Shown: positions 11,675 to 26,949, numbered from the stretch's first letter. The stretch is DNA of 64,000 nucleotides from Chrysomallon squamiferum (GCA_012295275.1 CM022671.1:32302001-32366000), one strand, 5' to 3'. Numbers and translations: made by a program. Notes: a model not told the origin generated them from the sequence alone.

Positions 11675-11748
11675 TTTGAATTTATTGATAAGAACGTGTA
11701 AATGACCCAGTTATTTCCATTGTATCTTAGAACTAAGTTCAAGATCTT

Positions 11749-11790
<42 letters not shown>

Positions 11791-12630
11791 TACAAAACCA
11801 AAACAAACAATGTTACAGTTACAGATACTATGTGTCTCAAGACAGACAATGACCATAAGAAGAATACAAATAATAGTGATGATGATGAAAATGTACTGGG
11901 CAAAAAAAAAATTGGTCTAAATCTGTTTTATTGAATATGAAATCGACATGATTAATTTTGTTCAAAAATATATTTAAAGTTCTTACGAATTCAAACTCGT
12001 AATTTTCAAATCATCCATATTAATTTATCAGTTATTAATATTGTTTTTCCTGTTGTTGTCATCATTTTCGTTACGAATTTTACTATTGTTATTCTTCTTA
12101 TCATCGTCCTGTTGTTGTTGTTGTTGTTATTATTATTATTATTATTATTGTTTTCTTATTTTTGTTTTTCTTATTTTTCTTATTTCTGTTTTTTGAACAC
12201 TTATATGATCAATAGCACATACTGAACCAATTGATTATAATAAGAGTAGTAATAGCAATAATAACAACAATAACGATGATGATGATAATGATGACTAAGC
12301 ACTAACAAGAAAACCAAGAAGAAGAAGAAGAAGAAGAAAAGAAGAAAATATTTTAGATTTTGAAACGAAGACACGTTCAATATACTTATTATGCACTGCA
12401 TATTTTTATCTGGCACCGTTTCGCTAAACTTGGATTTCTGTGTGAATAATAAATGAAAAGAAACAAGAGAGTAAAACGCGTTGAATATTTTATTTACTAC
12501 TTGCAACAACAACATACAGCGATATCTAACATACACCTTATTAACAAAGGTTTTATACATAGACACATTCATACATGCATATACGTACTTACATACCTAC
12601 ATACATATATAGTTGACGCATATAGAGTGA

Positions 12631-12788
12631 TCACGGACTATGCAGTTTTAAGCTGAGTTTAAAGGAAACGTGTTTTCTGCTTCCTAACAAAGGATCGATC
12701 AGTTGTTTCCACTGTTTAAGATCCCAGGACGGATCTGCATCAACGACGACATCGTTCAACATGAACGTCGGGGTTCCTGTTACTCCTC
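12631..12788 (-). CDS. Secreted DsbA/Thioredoxin_4-like protein, exon 4 (RGVTGTPTFMLNDVVVDADPSWDLKQWKQLIDPLLGSRKHVSFKLSLKLHSP*)
   Basis: Acceptor tttttaacag, phase 1. GVTGTPTF is the DsbA-type cis-Pro loop motif. TGA at 12631-12633. Confidence 0.92.
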
Positions 12789-13089
12789 CTGTTAAAAACA
12801 ATAGATATATATAATTAAAAACAATGTTTTTGCTATGTAATTTATAACAATGTTGAAAGTAACATGCTTATTGTACATTTTCAAATATCCGTATTCTAGA
12901 TCCATCCACTTCATGTTCTGCATCCTAATCAGTTTGTTATTACTTTATTGTCGAACTTTATTATCAACAAAGGTTGTTGATAATAATTTTAAAAACTTAC
13001 TGGAAATATATTTAGGATATTTTGGCACCCCACCAAAGACTTTGCATTCGCTTCAGTATAGAAAACATAATTATAAATATAACACTCAC

Positions 13090-13205
13090 TGCTACATCCG
13101 TATTTCCAGGCCACTCTCGTGTCTTCCTCCAGTGATTCATCAGAATAAAGTTCAATAAATTTGGATTTAGAAATACCCAAACGTGAAGCCAGACCAGCAA
13201 ATTTC
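13090..13205 (-). CDS. DsbA/Thioredoxin_4-like protein, exon 3 (KFAGLASRLGISKSKFIELYSDESLEEDTRVAWKYGCS)
   Basis: Acceptor tttttcatcag, donor A|GTGAGT, phase 2-1. TRVAWKYGCSRG resembles the family motif. Confidence 0.92.
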
Positions 13206-13639
13206 CTGATGAAAAACATAAGAAATTTTTAAATTTTTTTTTTTAATATTGTTCAAGGTACGGATATTACATTCAGTAAACGAGGGAACGAATAATAATT
13301 AATTTAAAACCCTATTTCAAAAAATTAAAATACTAAAAGCTGTAATCATTATATAGACAAACATCGACATACCAACGAACATGCATACATACATACACAT
13401 GTACGTTTCAGAGAATATTTTATGGATATCAAACATATTTACATTCACCTCTTTTCTTCTTTGTTTTGTCTGAAAACTGAATTTCAACTAGGTTTATCTA
13501 AAAGGTTATCAAAAAAAAAATTCTACAATCCTTTCATTCGCAAAAAAGAAACAACAAACAAGAAACAAGCAAACAAAAGCAACAAAAAATAAATAAATAA
13601 ATAAATAAATAATAATAATAGTAATAATAATAAAAATAA

Positions 13640-13688
<49 letters not shown>

Positions 13689-14900
13689 TCAGCAATTATA
13701 TTCATCACCATGCAGTATAATTATTATTAATCTTGAATCTTCCCCAGCTTAAAAAACATTTACTTTCGTATCTGTGATTCAGTCTATTCTTTAACTAATT
13801 CATATCACCTCTAACAGACAGCTAAGTCCAGGTTAGTAGCAAATTAATTTATACTGACAAGCAGTAACTCGTTTATTAACCTGATTTGGCGGGGTAATAG
13901 TAGTTCTACTGAGTCATTGCTTCGGATCATGGCCGAACGTGTAAGACGAAATTAGACGCACATGCGCACATTGGATTATGTCGCTTTCAGAAAATAATAA
14001 AATATTTATAGGGTTTCAGTTCAGTGTATTACTGATTTTCATCAGTTTGGTCGAGTTACGGTACAGAGAATAGAATTGGAATAGACCGATATTTGGTTTA
14101 GCCTCATAAAGAGCGAAAACCAGTCCAAGAGAGCAGACGACCTGCAGTTAATTTCGCGGGAAGCCAATTTGTCGGTTTAGCGCTAAATCCCTGGAGTTTT
14201 ATATTTATTAAACTTTTTCAGAAAACAGAAAAACATCCAAACAATCTGTGAATGACTAAAATATAATTTATATTACTAGTGATCTAAAAAAACAACAACA
14301 GTAAAACAAACAAACGTACATAATACGAACACACATGTACACATAAATCCCACCTCCAATAAATAAATAAATAACTGAATGAATAAATAAATACATAAAT
14401 AAATTTCATATCGTTGAAGAATATATTTTTTTTAATTGATATATATACTAAATTGAATATAGCCATAAATACAGCTAAATATAGCCAAAATCTAAATATA
14501 TTCGTAAGTAACATTTCTGTTATGTACTATAAAAAAATAAAAAATAAAAATATATATGTTAATAAATAAATATAAACAGAAGGAAATATCATTACATTAC
14601 AAAGTAAATATTCAGCACCTATTTATGTTATGAAATCACTGAAACTAAAACAATCTTTTCTTTTCTTTTCTTTTTTCTTTTTCAAGTTAAAAAAATAAAT
14701 ATAAAAAATAAACCGTAAATAAATAGCTTCAGATGTAATTTAGATCACAGCGGTGGGATTCATAATAATGTACAGAAAATTACAGAGATAACTGAATTCT
14801 GAGGAAATGCGTCGAACACACACACACACACAAACACACAAGACTGCTGTAGAGATAATATTAAGTAAAGGAAGAGAAAAAGACAAAAAATTATTCGTAA

Positions 14901-14953
<53 letters not shown>

Positions 14954-16507
14954 CTGTATTACTGTCTCTCTAAAACGAGTGAGAAAATAAATAAATAAAT
15001 AAAATAAAATAAAACAAACGAAAATGATCAAATTAAACAGTACTTAATGAGAAACCTCAAGAACATGCAGCCATTTATAGAAATACCTTCATTTTTGGTT
15101 AAGCAGCCATAATAGGGCCATTTTAAGATCACTTGCTACGTAATTAACTCAATTTATTTTACAATATGATTTGAGAAAAATAACAATGTGCATTGTTACC
15201 ACATGATTGCTGATAACACATGTGATGTTGATTGACTGTAAAACTTGTTAACAGACAGATTCGCGCGGATTAAACATGGGCTACAGCGACCTCGGTGAAA
15301 CCTAAAATAGAAATTATATTTAAACTTTAATGTTTAAACTTTAATGAAGAACCTTTATAACCAAACGTCTCCTGTCTGTTTATAATCTGTCTTACACATG
15401 GTCTGGTAGGAAACGGGATATTGCCTGCTCTGAAGGTTGGTTCTGTCGCTGAATTATTAATAACGTGCGTATTTCCAGAACCCGCGACGTTTATAGAAAA
15501 ATGATCTCGCTAAACATCTCAGACAGGTAACATTCAGACTCTTCTTCAACAGCGTTATTAAAGCACGCCCATCGTGACTGGACGTTTTGATGCACGAGAC
15601 TGTTCTGTGACTCGCACGAGCAGGAAGTGTTTACGTTATCTGGACAGGAAGCGGAAATGTTAAGCGGGAGAAGCGAATGGCCGCTGGGAGTTGGTGATGT
15701 CGGATGAAGATGGATGGTTTAAGTTTGAACTCTGAATACCCTCTGCGAAGTTGTAAGCAAAGTTACAGAAATAAGTTAATGAAATGGGTAAAAATAGAAA
15801 TAGAAATAGAAATAAAAATATAAAAAACAAAAATTAAAAAAAAGAGAAGGAAGAGTATGAAAAGAAAAGAACAAAAAAATGTCTGAATGCGCGCGTGCGT
15901 TACACAACATGCTTGTCAATGATTCGTATATGACCTTAACCTTTTTCTTGTTGTGTTTAATAAATAAGTATTTTTCGAAAATTTAGAACACTTCAAAGTA
16001 TTTCTCTCTCTGTTCCTTTACGAACTCTTTCTATAATCAGTGTAGTTATGAGTGTATGATAGAATACACAGCATTCGAAACATCATCCAACAGAGGTGAT
16101 CTAAATATATTATGAAGTTGTCGTAATATATTACGTTTGTCGTAAATTACATCAGCGTTATAAACTGCAGTTTAATTTATTGAATCTTAAATCTTTTTTT
16201 TCTTAGTTCGTTCGTGTAATTTTTGTAAACACTTACAAACACAGTTAAAAGGAGAGAAATGAGACGAAAAATATGCAATAATACCGACAGCAGCAGCAAC
16301 AGCAACGACAACAATAATAACAATAACAACAATAATAACAAAATGAATAATAACAGCAGCAGCAACAACAATAAAAACGATAACAACAACAACAATAAAT
16401 AAATAACCAAATTTTCTCCATTATTTTTTTTGCAAATTTCAGATATATATTTTTTAACCTTCATTTCTGTGTTAATAATAAATCAGTAATTAAGTTATAA
16501 AAAGAGA

Positions 16508-16557
<50 letters not shown>

Positions 16558-17419
16558 TTTACTCCAAATAAATTCATCATTATTATTATGAAGGCCATCG
16601 CTATCATATAAATTAAATAAGCTTCTGTGTTTCACAGCATGTTATTTCTCTGACAGTGGATTTTGTGCAAACCTCGGTCTTAAGTGTTCTCTGGATCGGC
16701 ATATTCTTGGTATTATTTACTGCAAATAACTGCATTGTTACGTGGGTCACATCTGTGCTACAGATTACATCTACGTATTGCATAATCGAAATACAGCAAC
16801 GTTTCTATTCTGTAAAATGTTTTTCTTAATTTTAATGTTTGTTTGTTTGTTTGTTTGTTGTTTTGTATATTACTGTTAGTCGAGATGTTTCTTTTTCGTT
16901 TCGTTTTCTTCTTCTGATTTTCTCTGGCAGTCAGTTTATTGTTAATCAGACTAGATTCAGTATACTTAAAACGTGTTGTCTCTCTTGTGTACTAGTGGCT
17001 ATGTATACAAACAGTTAAAACCAGGTTTATATTTATCCGCCGGTGCGCCAGAACCGGTTTATCACAGGTCATATTATGTTTTCCTGTCAGTGGGAAGGAA
17101 AATATAAAAGACAGTATGCTGCTGATACATAAAGAGTAGCCACTTTAGTGTCTGTGAGGGTTTTCTCTGTGATTATCTGTATTGTTCTCTGACATATGTA
17201 TGACACATAAGTTATAATTTATAACTGTGAATTAGTAACGTGCTGTGTTCATCATTAAAATAATATTTCTTCCTATCTTCCGAGTGCATGTTTCATTTTG
17301 TTACTGTCAAATAAAATCTGTGATGGTGACAGTAATCTAACTCATAAAACCTTGTAACTTATAAAAACCAGGAACGAATAAAAAATCTAACGAGACGAGT
17401 GTGTCTTTCAGTATTTTAG

Positions 17420-17527
<108 letters not shown>

Positions 17528-18298
17528 AACATTATAATTCTCAATCCATTTTATCGATTAATGTATGAAGAAGAAGAAAAAGATTCTGCTATTACTACTA
17601 TACTGCCAATATGATTTTAACTCAACTATTTTTTTTTAAATTACTACACCGCAAAATCAGTAGTTACTACTGCAACAACTACTACTATTTCTATTATTAA
17701 CATTACTACCACTATTAGAACTGCTATTGGCTGTTTCTATTAGTTCTGCTACAGTTTACCACTACTACAACAACTACAACTACTATGACTGCTTCTACCG
17801 ATTCTACTACAATTAACATTTTAACAACAATTATCACTACTGGTTCTGCTACTACAACTACAACTACTATTACTACTACTACTACAACTACTACTACTAA
17901 CACTACTGCTGGTGCTGCTACCACTATTACTACTACTACTACTACTGCTACTACTACTACTATTACTACTACTACTGCTAATACGACTACTACTGCTGCT
18001 ACCACTATTACTTCTTCTACTACTACTACTTCTATTACTACTACTACTGCTACTCCTACTACTACTGTTGCTACCACTATTACTACTACTACTACTACTG
18101 CTAATACGACTACTACCACTATGACTCCTACTGGTTGCAATTATAATAGTAACTTCTACTACCACTGCTTCTACTACTGTTACTATGACTCATACTACCA
18201 ATTCTACTACAGTTACAATTATAACAATAACTATCACTACCACGCTATTAATAATACTACAACAACAACAACTGCAGTATTCATTATCACAGACTCAC

Positions 18299-18426
18299 GT
18301 TACAAGCTGTTCTTCAGAAAGCTTGAATGTTGCCTTGTTAGTGAAACTGTCGTAGTTGTTGAAAACCACGTCAATCCACCTGTACGTGGTGTTGAGGTCA
18401 GAGAGGCTGTTGACGATGTGAGCGCC
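18299..18426 (-). CDS. DsbA/Thioredoxin_4-like protein, exon 2 (GAHIVNSLSDLNTTYRWIDVVFNNYDSFTNKATFKLSEEQLVT)
   Basis: Acceptor tcattcaccag, donor AC|GTGAGT; phase 0-2 fits both neighbours. Confidence 0.9.
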
Positions 18427-18952
18427 CTGGTGAATGATAACAAAACTAATTTAATAATGTGTGTGTGTATGTGTATGTGTGTATTTATGGTTGTGTGTGC
18501 GTGTGTTTGGGTTTTATATATATATAAATATATATGTAAATCTGTATGTCTGTTTACACGCATTAATGCTTGAGTATTTATGTATGTATGTACGAATGTA
18601 CGTATGTGCGTATGTATGTAGTACATGTGTATATATGCATGCATGTATGAATATGTGCATTTTTGTGTCTAAACCTATATACATATATAGAAAGATATAT
18701 AGATATACACACTCACACACACACTCATATATATAAAATATATATATATATGTATGAGTGTGTGTGTGAGTGTGTGTATCTATATATACAATACATACAT
18801 ACTTTCATGCATGCATACATACATACATACATACATACATACATACAACAGAAAGACAGACATGAAGACAGACAGACGAACGAATAGGCAATCACCCGCA
18901 TATACGCACACGTACAAATATACATACATAATATATCGTTTATTACCCCTAC

Positions 18953-19228
18953 CTTGGCACTACCGAAAGCTATTCGGTGATACGGCAGTGGGAAAATATG
19001 TGACGTCAGACGAACGGTTTTGGGTCCGTAATGGTCGGCAACGTTAATGAGACTGGGGAGAGCCTGTTTGCTGGCCGGACATGCAAGATCGAGGTAAGCG
19101 TCCAGATGAACGGGGGCTTCTGCGCTTCCACGTGCATACACGAAACCAACCTCCCTTTTAGGTATCGGCATGTATGCTGTGACGTCACTGACAGAATAAC
19201 ACAGTAACAGAGCCAATACTTTGTACAT
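18953..19228 (-). CDS. DsbA/Thioredoxin_4-like protein, exon 1 (signal peptide, CPAS active-site motif, FPLPYH)
   Basis: MYKVLALLLCYSVSDVTA signal-like N-terminus; YLDLACPAS and HIFPLPYH motifs; donor AAG|GTAGGG. The four exons total 678 nt, giving 225 aa plus stop. Confidence 0.92.
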
Positions 19229-19743
19229 TTTGTTTTTATATCTAAAAGTTTCAGCGTGTACGGCGACACAAAGATTAGTGACACGAAAACGTACAACAAT
19301 GGACTTTAACACTGAGGGTGGATAACTGTATCAGGTGACATTTTTCACGTGACCATGACTAAGCTTTTCCCAGGTATATTAAGGGACGATTCAAAATAAC
19401 AGTTGGGAGGGGTATACTTATTAATTATAATATGTGTGTACTCAATACATATATGATATATGAATCTGTGAATATATGTGTACATGTGAATATTATACAA
19501 AAATTACAGACATGTATGTATCTATGAATGTATGTGTGCATGAATGTATACTAAAGCGTGTGAATGTTTTTTTTTTTTTTTTTTTTGTTTTTGTTTTGTT
19601 GTTGTTGTTTTTTTTGCGCGCGTTTCTTTGTATGGATGAATGGATATGTACATACATAAGAATGAGCAAATGCATTATTATATCTAAGTGCGCGCTAATT
19701 CTTACTCATGAATATTCAGTTTATTTGACAAGAGGTCAGAGAC

Positions 19744-19998
19744 GTAAAAATCCCAGAAAAAAAACAATGTCAGTGTATTTGTGTCTTGTGGGAATCAAAT
19801 TTATTTGTGTGTTCTTGTGTCGTGGCTGAAACATCTCGAATACTTCGTACACAGATGTGATAAAATCTTGTTACTTATTCAGTTATTCAAATCAGTTATT
19901 CAAATGAGTCATTAGAACTGACGTGTTCCATACACAGTCAGACAATGTCGTAGAATTAGACAGAATTATCAGACTTAGACGATGACTCTGTTCTTAAA
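19744..19998 (+). mobile_element. ~255-bp dispersed repeat, copy 1 (unclassified)
   Basis: Near-identical reverse-complement copy at ~42058-42311. Confidence 0.75.
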
Positions 19999-20697
19999 AT
20001 TAATGCACGGTCTGAAACAAATAAATAAATAAATAAATAAATAAGTAAATAAATAAATAAATAAATAAATAGATAAATAAATAAATAGATAAATAAATAG
20101 ATAAATAAATAAATAAATCAATAAATAAATAAATAAATAAATAAATAAATACATAAATAAATCAATAAATCAATAAATAAATAGTAAATAAATAAATAAA
20201 TAACCAGAAAGAAAAACAAGTGTGAAGATACAACGATAATATATAGGATGAAGTTCTTTTGCTATTAAAATTACTACGATCACCACCACCTGTATTACTA
20301 CTTCAACTACTACAACTGATACTAATATTAACACCATTACCACTGCTTCTACTACTACTGCTAAAAATACCACTACTATTACCATCACTACCACTGCTAC
20401 TATAACAACCATTACTATTACTACTATCACTACCACTACTACTCCTAATATTATTAACATTATTGTTATTTATGTTGTTATCATTGTTATTTTTATTGCC
20501 GATATAGTTAATATGTTTCTGGTTATTACTGGAGTTGTTTATTATTATGGGCTGTTGTCGTCGTAGTTGTTATACCTTCTAGATGGTTTTAAATTGTAAA
20601 ATATTTGCTAACAAACGACTAACTACTAAATTATTCAATTATTATTGCTGTCTTTACTTTAGTTGATGTCGTTGTCGTTTTTTGTGTTGTATTTTTA

Positions 20698-20741
<44 letters not shown>

Positions 20742-20884
20742 TATCTACTTCTGCTAGTACTGACGCTGCTTTTACTACCGTCACTGCTACAAATACTACC
20801 ACTACTGTATATCAAAGCCACCACTGTTACTATTATTATACCACAACAATTTTTAATGTTGCTATTTTTATTTCTATCTTTGTC

Positions 20885-20916
<32 letters not shown>

Positions 20917-22084
20917 CTCTGTAATCATGGATGTTGGACAAAATGGTTAATTTCTGCACCATTTAATTTGTTTTCCGAGTGGCAGTACAAAAGACGATAA
21001 AAAAAAAAGTGTGTAAATATAGCAATTACTAACACAGCTTGTTAATAACAAAGCAAAATGCTACAAGCCAATTAGAGGGAAGACTCCTGAATAAAGACAT
21101 CACTCCGTTTACCTTGAACTTTAATTATAACCAAAGGTCATCAGCCTTTGTTCGAACAGAAAAGAAACAGAGGCGCGACGGAAACCAACAAACCAAACTA
21201 GGTTTGAACCATTCTTAAAAAAAAAAACTGACTTGATTCAGTTCAAAAGAAAATAATTTAAATAGATTTTAATCAAGTTATTATTGTTATTATTAGTAGT
21301 AATAAGAGTTAGGGGCGTTTTCAGGGTTACAGAAAGGAAAAAAAGAAGTTATGGTTTAAATATAATGGTTTAAATATAAATGAAATGGTTTTGTTAATGG
21401 TGTTGGAATTAAATCAGCACTATTCTAAAAAGGTCGCTGCTTTGGTTAGTTGTGTATGTTTTTGTTTAAAATAAAGAAACGTGTAAAATCTGTGTTAATC
21501 ACTTTGTCACGGTTGGTTAACTAGTTATTATAAGAGTCAAAAATGTACCAACTGAGTTTGAAACACACCTGAAACAACTGCTTTAAATACAAAAAAAAAA
21601 AAAAAAAAAAAAATGATAAATACAAAAAAAAAAATATAATAATAATAATAATAAAAAATAATAATTAAAAAAAGACCTTAATTGGCTGAGGGCATTTGTC
21701 AGTCAGACGTTACTGATTAATTAGTTAATTTTAACAAATTGTTGTCGCTACCGGACTTCACCATAAACATACAGTTTATTTAAATGTAACACACGTAATA
21801 GAAAGATTCAGTACAATGTGTCGTATATTCTCGTCTTGCCCAAAACAGCTTATCGGACTCAAAAGCCAAATTTAAACAACAAAATGTGAGAGGTTATAAT
21901 AAAAAAATAAAAACTATATAATTATAAGTTAAATTAGGATAAAATATGAATAATATTATTACTATTTACTGATTTAACAGTAATACAAACACGAATAACA
22001 GAATCAAATGTTATACGTCTGTATCTTTTTAAAATAAATATAAAATAACGTTAATCCATATCCATATCTTTTCCTCCTCTCCAA

Positions 22085-22176
<92 letters not shown>

Positions 22177-22657
22177 CACACATACACACATACAGACAGA
22201 CATACATACATAAATACATAATACATACATGCACACATGCATACAGGCTCACATGTACACACATAAACACTTTCATAAACACATATATAAATACATAAAT
22301 ATATACATACATACATATTTACATAAACACAAACACATGAACATACACATTATACACACATACACAATTAAATACGCATATCTGTTTATACACATAAACG
22401 CGTAATTCCTTGGTGCTTTTTATTTCATTTTGCTTTTCTTTGAGATCAGCCAAGGTCATGCTTATTATCAGAATCAATACGTCTACGTGAAACTCGGGTG
22501 AACTAATGATACAGACAGGACGAACACGACACGTCTTCCTTACGTCAGTCAATCAGTTAGTGAGGTGAAGGTGAAGGCTACGGCTGGTCTCACGAAGACA
22601 GGTCAACTGGAAATGGATATTGATAAACAGGTCAACTGAATCCGTTTATATTAAAAT

Positions 22658-22731
<74 letters not shown>

Positions 22732-23252
22732 ATACATGCACATATAAACATACATGAAAATACTAGTATCCACACACATACACATATATAGTTGATCTGT
22801 TTATATTAACAATCATTTATATGTTTTAGTACATGAGTTCAAATGTCTGAAATAATATTATACAGATGAAGATAAAGCAAAAAAGATGGCGTGATACGTT
22901 TATACAAGCTTAAATTTCTTATTCTTCTTATTATTATTATTATTATTTTTTTTTTTTTCAAGGAAGGGTACAGGGGATTCCTGTGCGGATATAGAAAATA
23001 ACTGGGTCATATTATTTGACCTTCATTATTAAAAATCCTCTACCCGGTTTTGTTTTGATGGTGAAAAATATTTAAAAGTCGGTCACTGGTTAATGTGTTA
23101 GATACATTAGTGCTGGTTTTGATATCTGTGTTAATTATTCCAATTTGATACTTAAATCGACTGAATTATTAAAATGAATTATTGTTAACATTGAATTATT
23201 TATTGGCAATTAAAGTAGAATAATTTTATTTTTATTTTAGAAACATTTTTGA

Positions 23253-23288
<36 letters not shown>

Positions 23289-24924
23289 TGTTGTTGTTGT
23301 TGTTAATCTTATTATGTTGTTGTTGTTGTTATTAATATTAGTATTTTTAGTATTACTGTTATTATTATTTTAAATTTTTAATAGAAGAATTAAAATTGTG
23401 TATTTAGTTATTTTATTTATTTCATTTTATTTTATTTTATTATTCTCTGTGCATTTTATTTATAATATTTTAACAGTATCATACTAAAAACAAGAATAAA
23501 AAAATAAGAAAAAGAGAAAGTTTTTAAAAATATATAAAAAAATATGGATAAACAAAATAAATAAATCCTCGCAATACAATAAATAAATAAATAAATAAAG
23601 ATAAAAACAACACAATAAATATAATATAGTAAATTTCACACAGTCAAAGAGTTCGTTTTACAGGGGAGCTAACCTAAACCGGTTTTAGTCAAAGAATACA
23701 GTTTGTACGTATTAATCAAACTAAAACTGTGCACTATTCATGTTGATCATAACACATCATGCTATGGCTACACAACAGAATAGAGTCAGGTGCACATCCA
23801 CGGTGAATGGCGTCCATGTCAAGCACTAAAACTGCACCTCTGTCCATATTCAAGATAACTTTAACATAAATTCAGCTAAAAAGTACCAGTCAAGTTTAAC
23901 AGAAGGTGCTCAGTGGCGCCCCCACTCCTTCAAGTTACGCCCAGTGCACGTGCAATACTTGATATACTTGATGCACAGAGTAACAACTAATCTACATTGA
24001 AAAAACCGTCTTTACAGATAACATTTCGAATCACGTGATGGTAAATAACCACGACAGAACTGTTCGAACAGTTTTCTACGGCAAGCTTGGCAACAGTTGT
24101 GTAAAAAGCTTTCAAAAATAGAATAACTAAAACGTTTTCTATGATGTAATTACTCAAAAATGATTTACATCACTGGTTAACCGTGGGTGGACGAGTGGGC
24201 GAGTGGGTGGGTGAGTTGGCCAGCCAAACATTCTTTGCGCAGGACTCACTTCACACGACTGAGAAAACCGCATGATGTCTCTCAGCCTGCCTTTTGCATT
24301 AAATACGGTACAAACAACAGCTCTGCAAAGATGATTAAAAAAAGCGGCGTTTTCACGCGTCAAAGTAGCTGAGGAGGTACAGTTACACATCGTTGTTATA
24401 AATATTAGTAAAGGTTACGGCATTTCACGTAAAAAAGTTAAAAAATGACCATTCAAGACGTACTTTGGTCGTTTGTTTGTACTTAAGCGCCTTGAGGCAG
24501 TTGCGTACTAGGTGAAAGGTATTGTTCCATTGACAAGTGACATATTTATGGAGATCGATGAAGAGCGTGAATTAATGAACTAGTATGCAGGGTGTCTGTT
24601 AATTAATAATCTACATCAGACATGTAATGTGTGTTATAAAGATACATATATATATATATCATGCACCAGATCGTAATTAGGCCCATCTTTTGTTCATGTC
24701 CGTGATGTTTGCATGAAAAAGAAAATTACATTATTCTAATGCTGTCGGAGACGAATTCTTTTATTTATCCAAATGTACGAAATATTTGGAGAAAATGATT
24801 ATAGCTGACCTTCGAGAACTGAATGGTTCAAAAGTCGACGTACAAGAACAGAACGCGGTCGCCTCCAAACGAAAATAAAAATTTCTCAGTGAACACCTCT
24901 CAGTTTATAGTTTATTATTATTAA

Positions 24925-24974
<50 letters not shown>

Positions 24975-26476
24975 ATGTTGTTGTTGTTGTTCTTTCATAT
25001 CCATTATCAAACTAACCATTCTGTAGCTTAAAAATCTTATTTAATAAATAAATAAACGATGTTTTATATTTTAATCAAATTGAAAAGAAAAAAGCAACAA
25101 GAGTTCCAGCAGCACCAGCAGTAACAACAACAATAACAAAAATACCGTTTGTCGAAAATGTTTTTAAAATAATAAAAATAATTTAAAAACTATAAAAATA
25201 AAAATAAATATATACAAAATAAAATAGATGAAATATAAAAAAAAAAAAAAAAACTGAATTAAGCAAACAACATTAAGCTAATTAACTATCATACATGTAC
25301 AACGGAACAAAACAAACAGCTTTGCGGCTTAAAAAAAAAAAAAAAAAAAATCAAAAAAAAAATCAATATGTTTTACTCCATAAAAATAAACAAAATAAAT
25401 AAACAGAATAAATAAACTGATATCCACCATTAATTCTTTTTTGTTCCGATTGGCACATTTTCCATTTATTGTCAACTGCCGACAGCTTCAATCGTTGTGT
25501 GTGTAATTTTACCTCAGTCGAGCTATTTTTAGCCGAGACCCCGTTCATATTTGCCACAGGTCGACGCTTTTGGGTTGAAGCTAAACAAAAGTGAGCTATT
25601 TTTAGCTCGAACAGCTCCTTCGTCTGTACACATGGTGCAGTGTAAGATGCCGCGGAACAATGGAAGTTCGTCGTTCAGTTTCGCGTTTACCGGTCTTGGC
25701 GGTGTTTCGTGCTCAGTCTGTATCATAGAAGCAGACGAGAATCTTTCCTAAGAAAACACGTTCCGCTTGTTGATGCGATTTCGTAAGTACTATTTTGTTC
25801 GCTTTTGTTTTGTGTATGGATTTTCAATCAGTTGCTGGTTTTTTTGCGTTATAATTCTGGATCGTACGCACATGTGTTCATTTTGCGCGAAGCAGACGCG
25901 AAATGGGGATAAAATGTTTATTAAATATAGGTCAGGGGAGACTGGACTGTACGAACGTAATAATGTCTGATGGACTGGCTGAAAATAATTAGTTGTTTGT
26001 TTAAAAAAGTGATGAAAATTTGGTTCACTATTTAAAGCGCAACAGTGCATTGCAAGTTAAATAATTGAAATTTTCTTTTTGTTTTTCTATTTAAAAAAAA
26101 ATCTTGATGTTGTTGCCATCTTTACCATTTGTATTATTTATTATGTTTTTGTTATTGTTAATGCAGATGTTGCATTTGTTTTGTTTTGTTTTAATTTTAT
26201 TATTATGTTATCATTTCGTTTGCTTTTGTGCTTTAAAAAGGATTAAATATTTTTGTATGTGTTTATAAATGTATGTAAATATATACGTACACACATATAT
26301 ATTTATCTATGTATGTATGTATGTATGTATGTATGTATGTATGTTTGTATGAATGTATGGATGTACAAATATATTTCCAAAAATATGTATATTAAAACAA
26401 ATAACAATATTAAAATTAATGTACAAACAATTAACATTTTAATATATTATTTATGTATATACAACAACAACAATGA

Positions 26477-26532
<56 letters not shown>

Positions 26533-26949
26533 CTAGTTTCGATTGTTTAATCCTCTTATATCAATCTCTATACAAAATACTTACTCATGTGAATGCTGCT
26601 CCCAAAATCCGGATTCCAGATTTGTTAAAACGTTGATCTCAATTGCATGCCAACAAACCTAAGTTTAAGTGAACGGGTACAAAACAAACAAAACAGAATA
26701 AATAAAGTCTGTACTATTTTCGAAAATAGATCGTGTGCTGCTATCATTTTAAATTACATATATCTGAACGTAATTTGAAACAAAATAATTAGAGATAATC
26801 GTGTCTTTACTGACAGAAGCTATTCATCGCTGTATTAGTAGAACCGTTGTTGAACTTATTATTTATTAGCAGCACTGGCGTGCATAACAGTTACACGGGT
26901 TTCACAGGGTCGTATACATATTAATATAACGGCAGTGATTAATTACAAG

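Noticed and set aside
14010-14050. Hammerhead-like CTGATGA...GAAA on the minus strand
   Set aside because: A stem II-like hairpin exists, but I could not form stems I and III. The CTGATGA near 44085 lacks a correctly placed GAAA.
17724-18573. Thr-rich mucin-like ORF (262 aa) and overlapping poly-Val/Ser/Leu ORFs
   Set aside because: (ACT)n-derived intronic sequence, open in many frames and antisense to Trx exon 2.
25968-25983. 16-mer tgatggactggctgaa matching the peptide genes' stop and 3' UTR
   Set aside because: An isolated match with no flanking similarity; such a match is expected by chance in an all-versus-all comparison of 64 kb.
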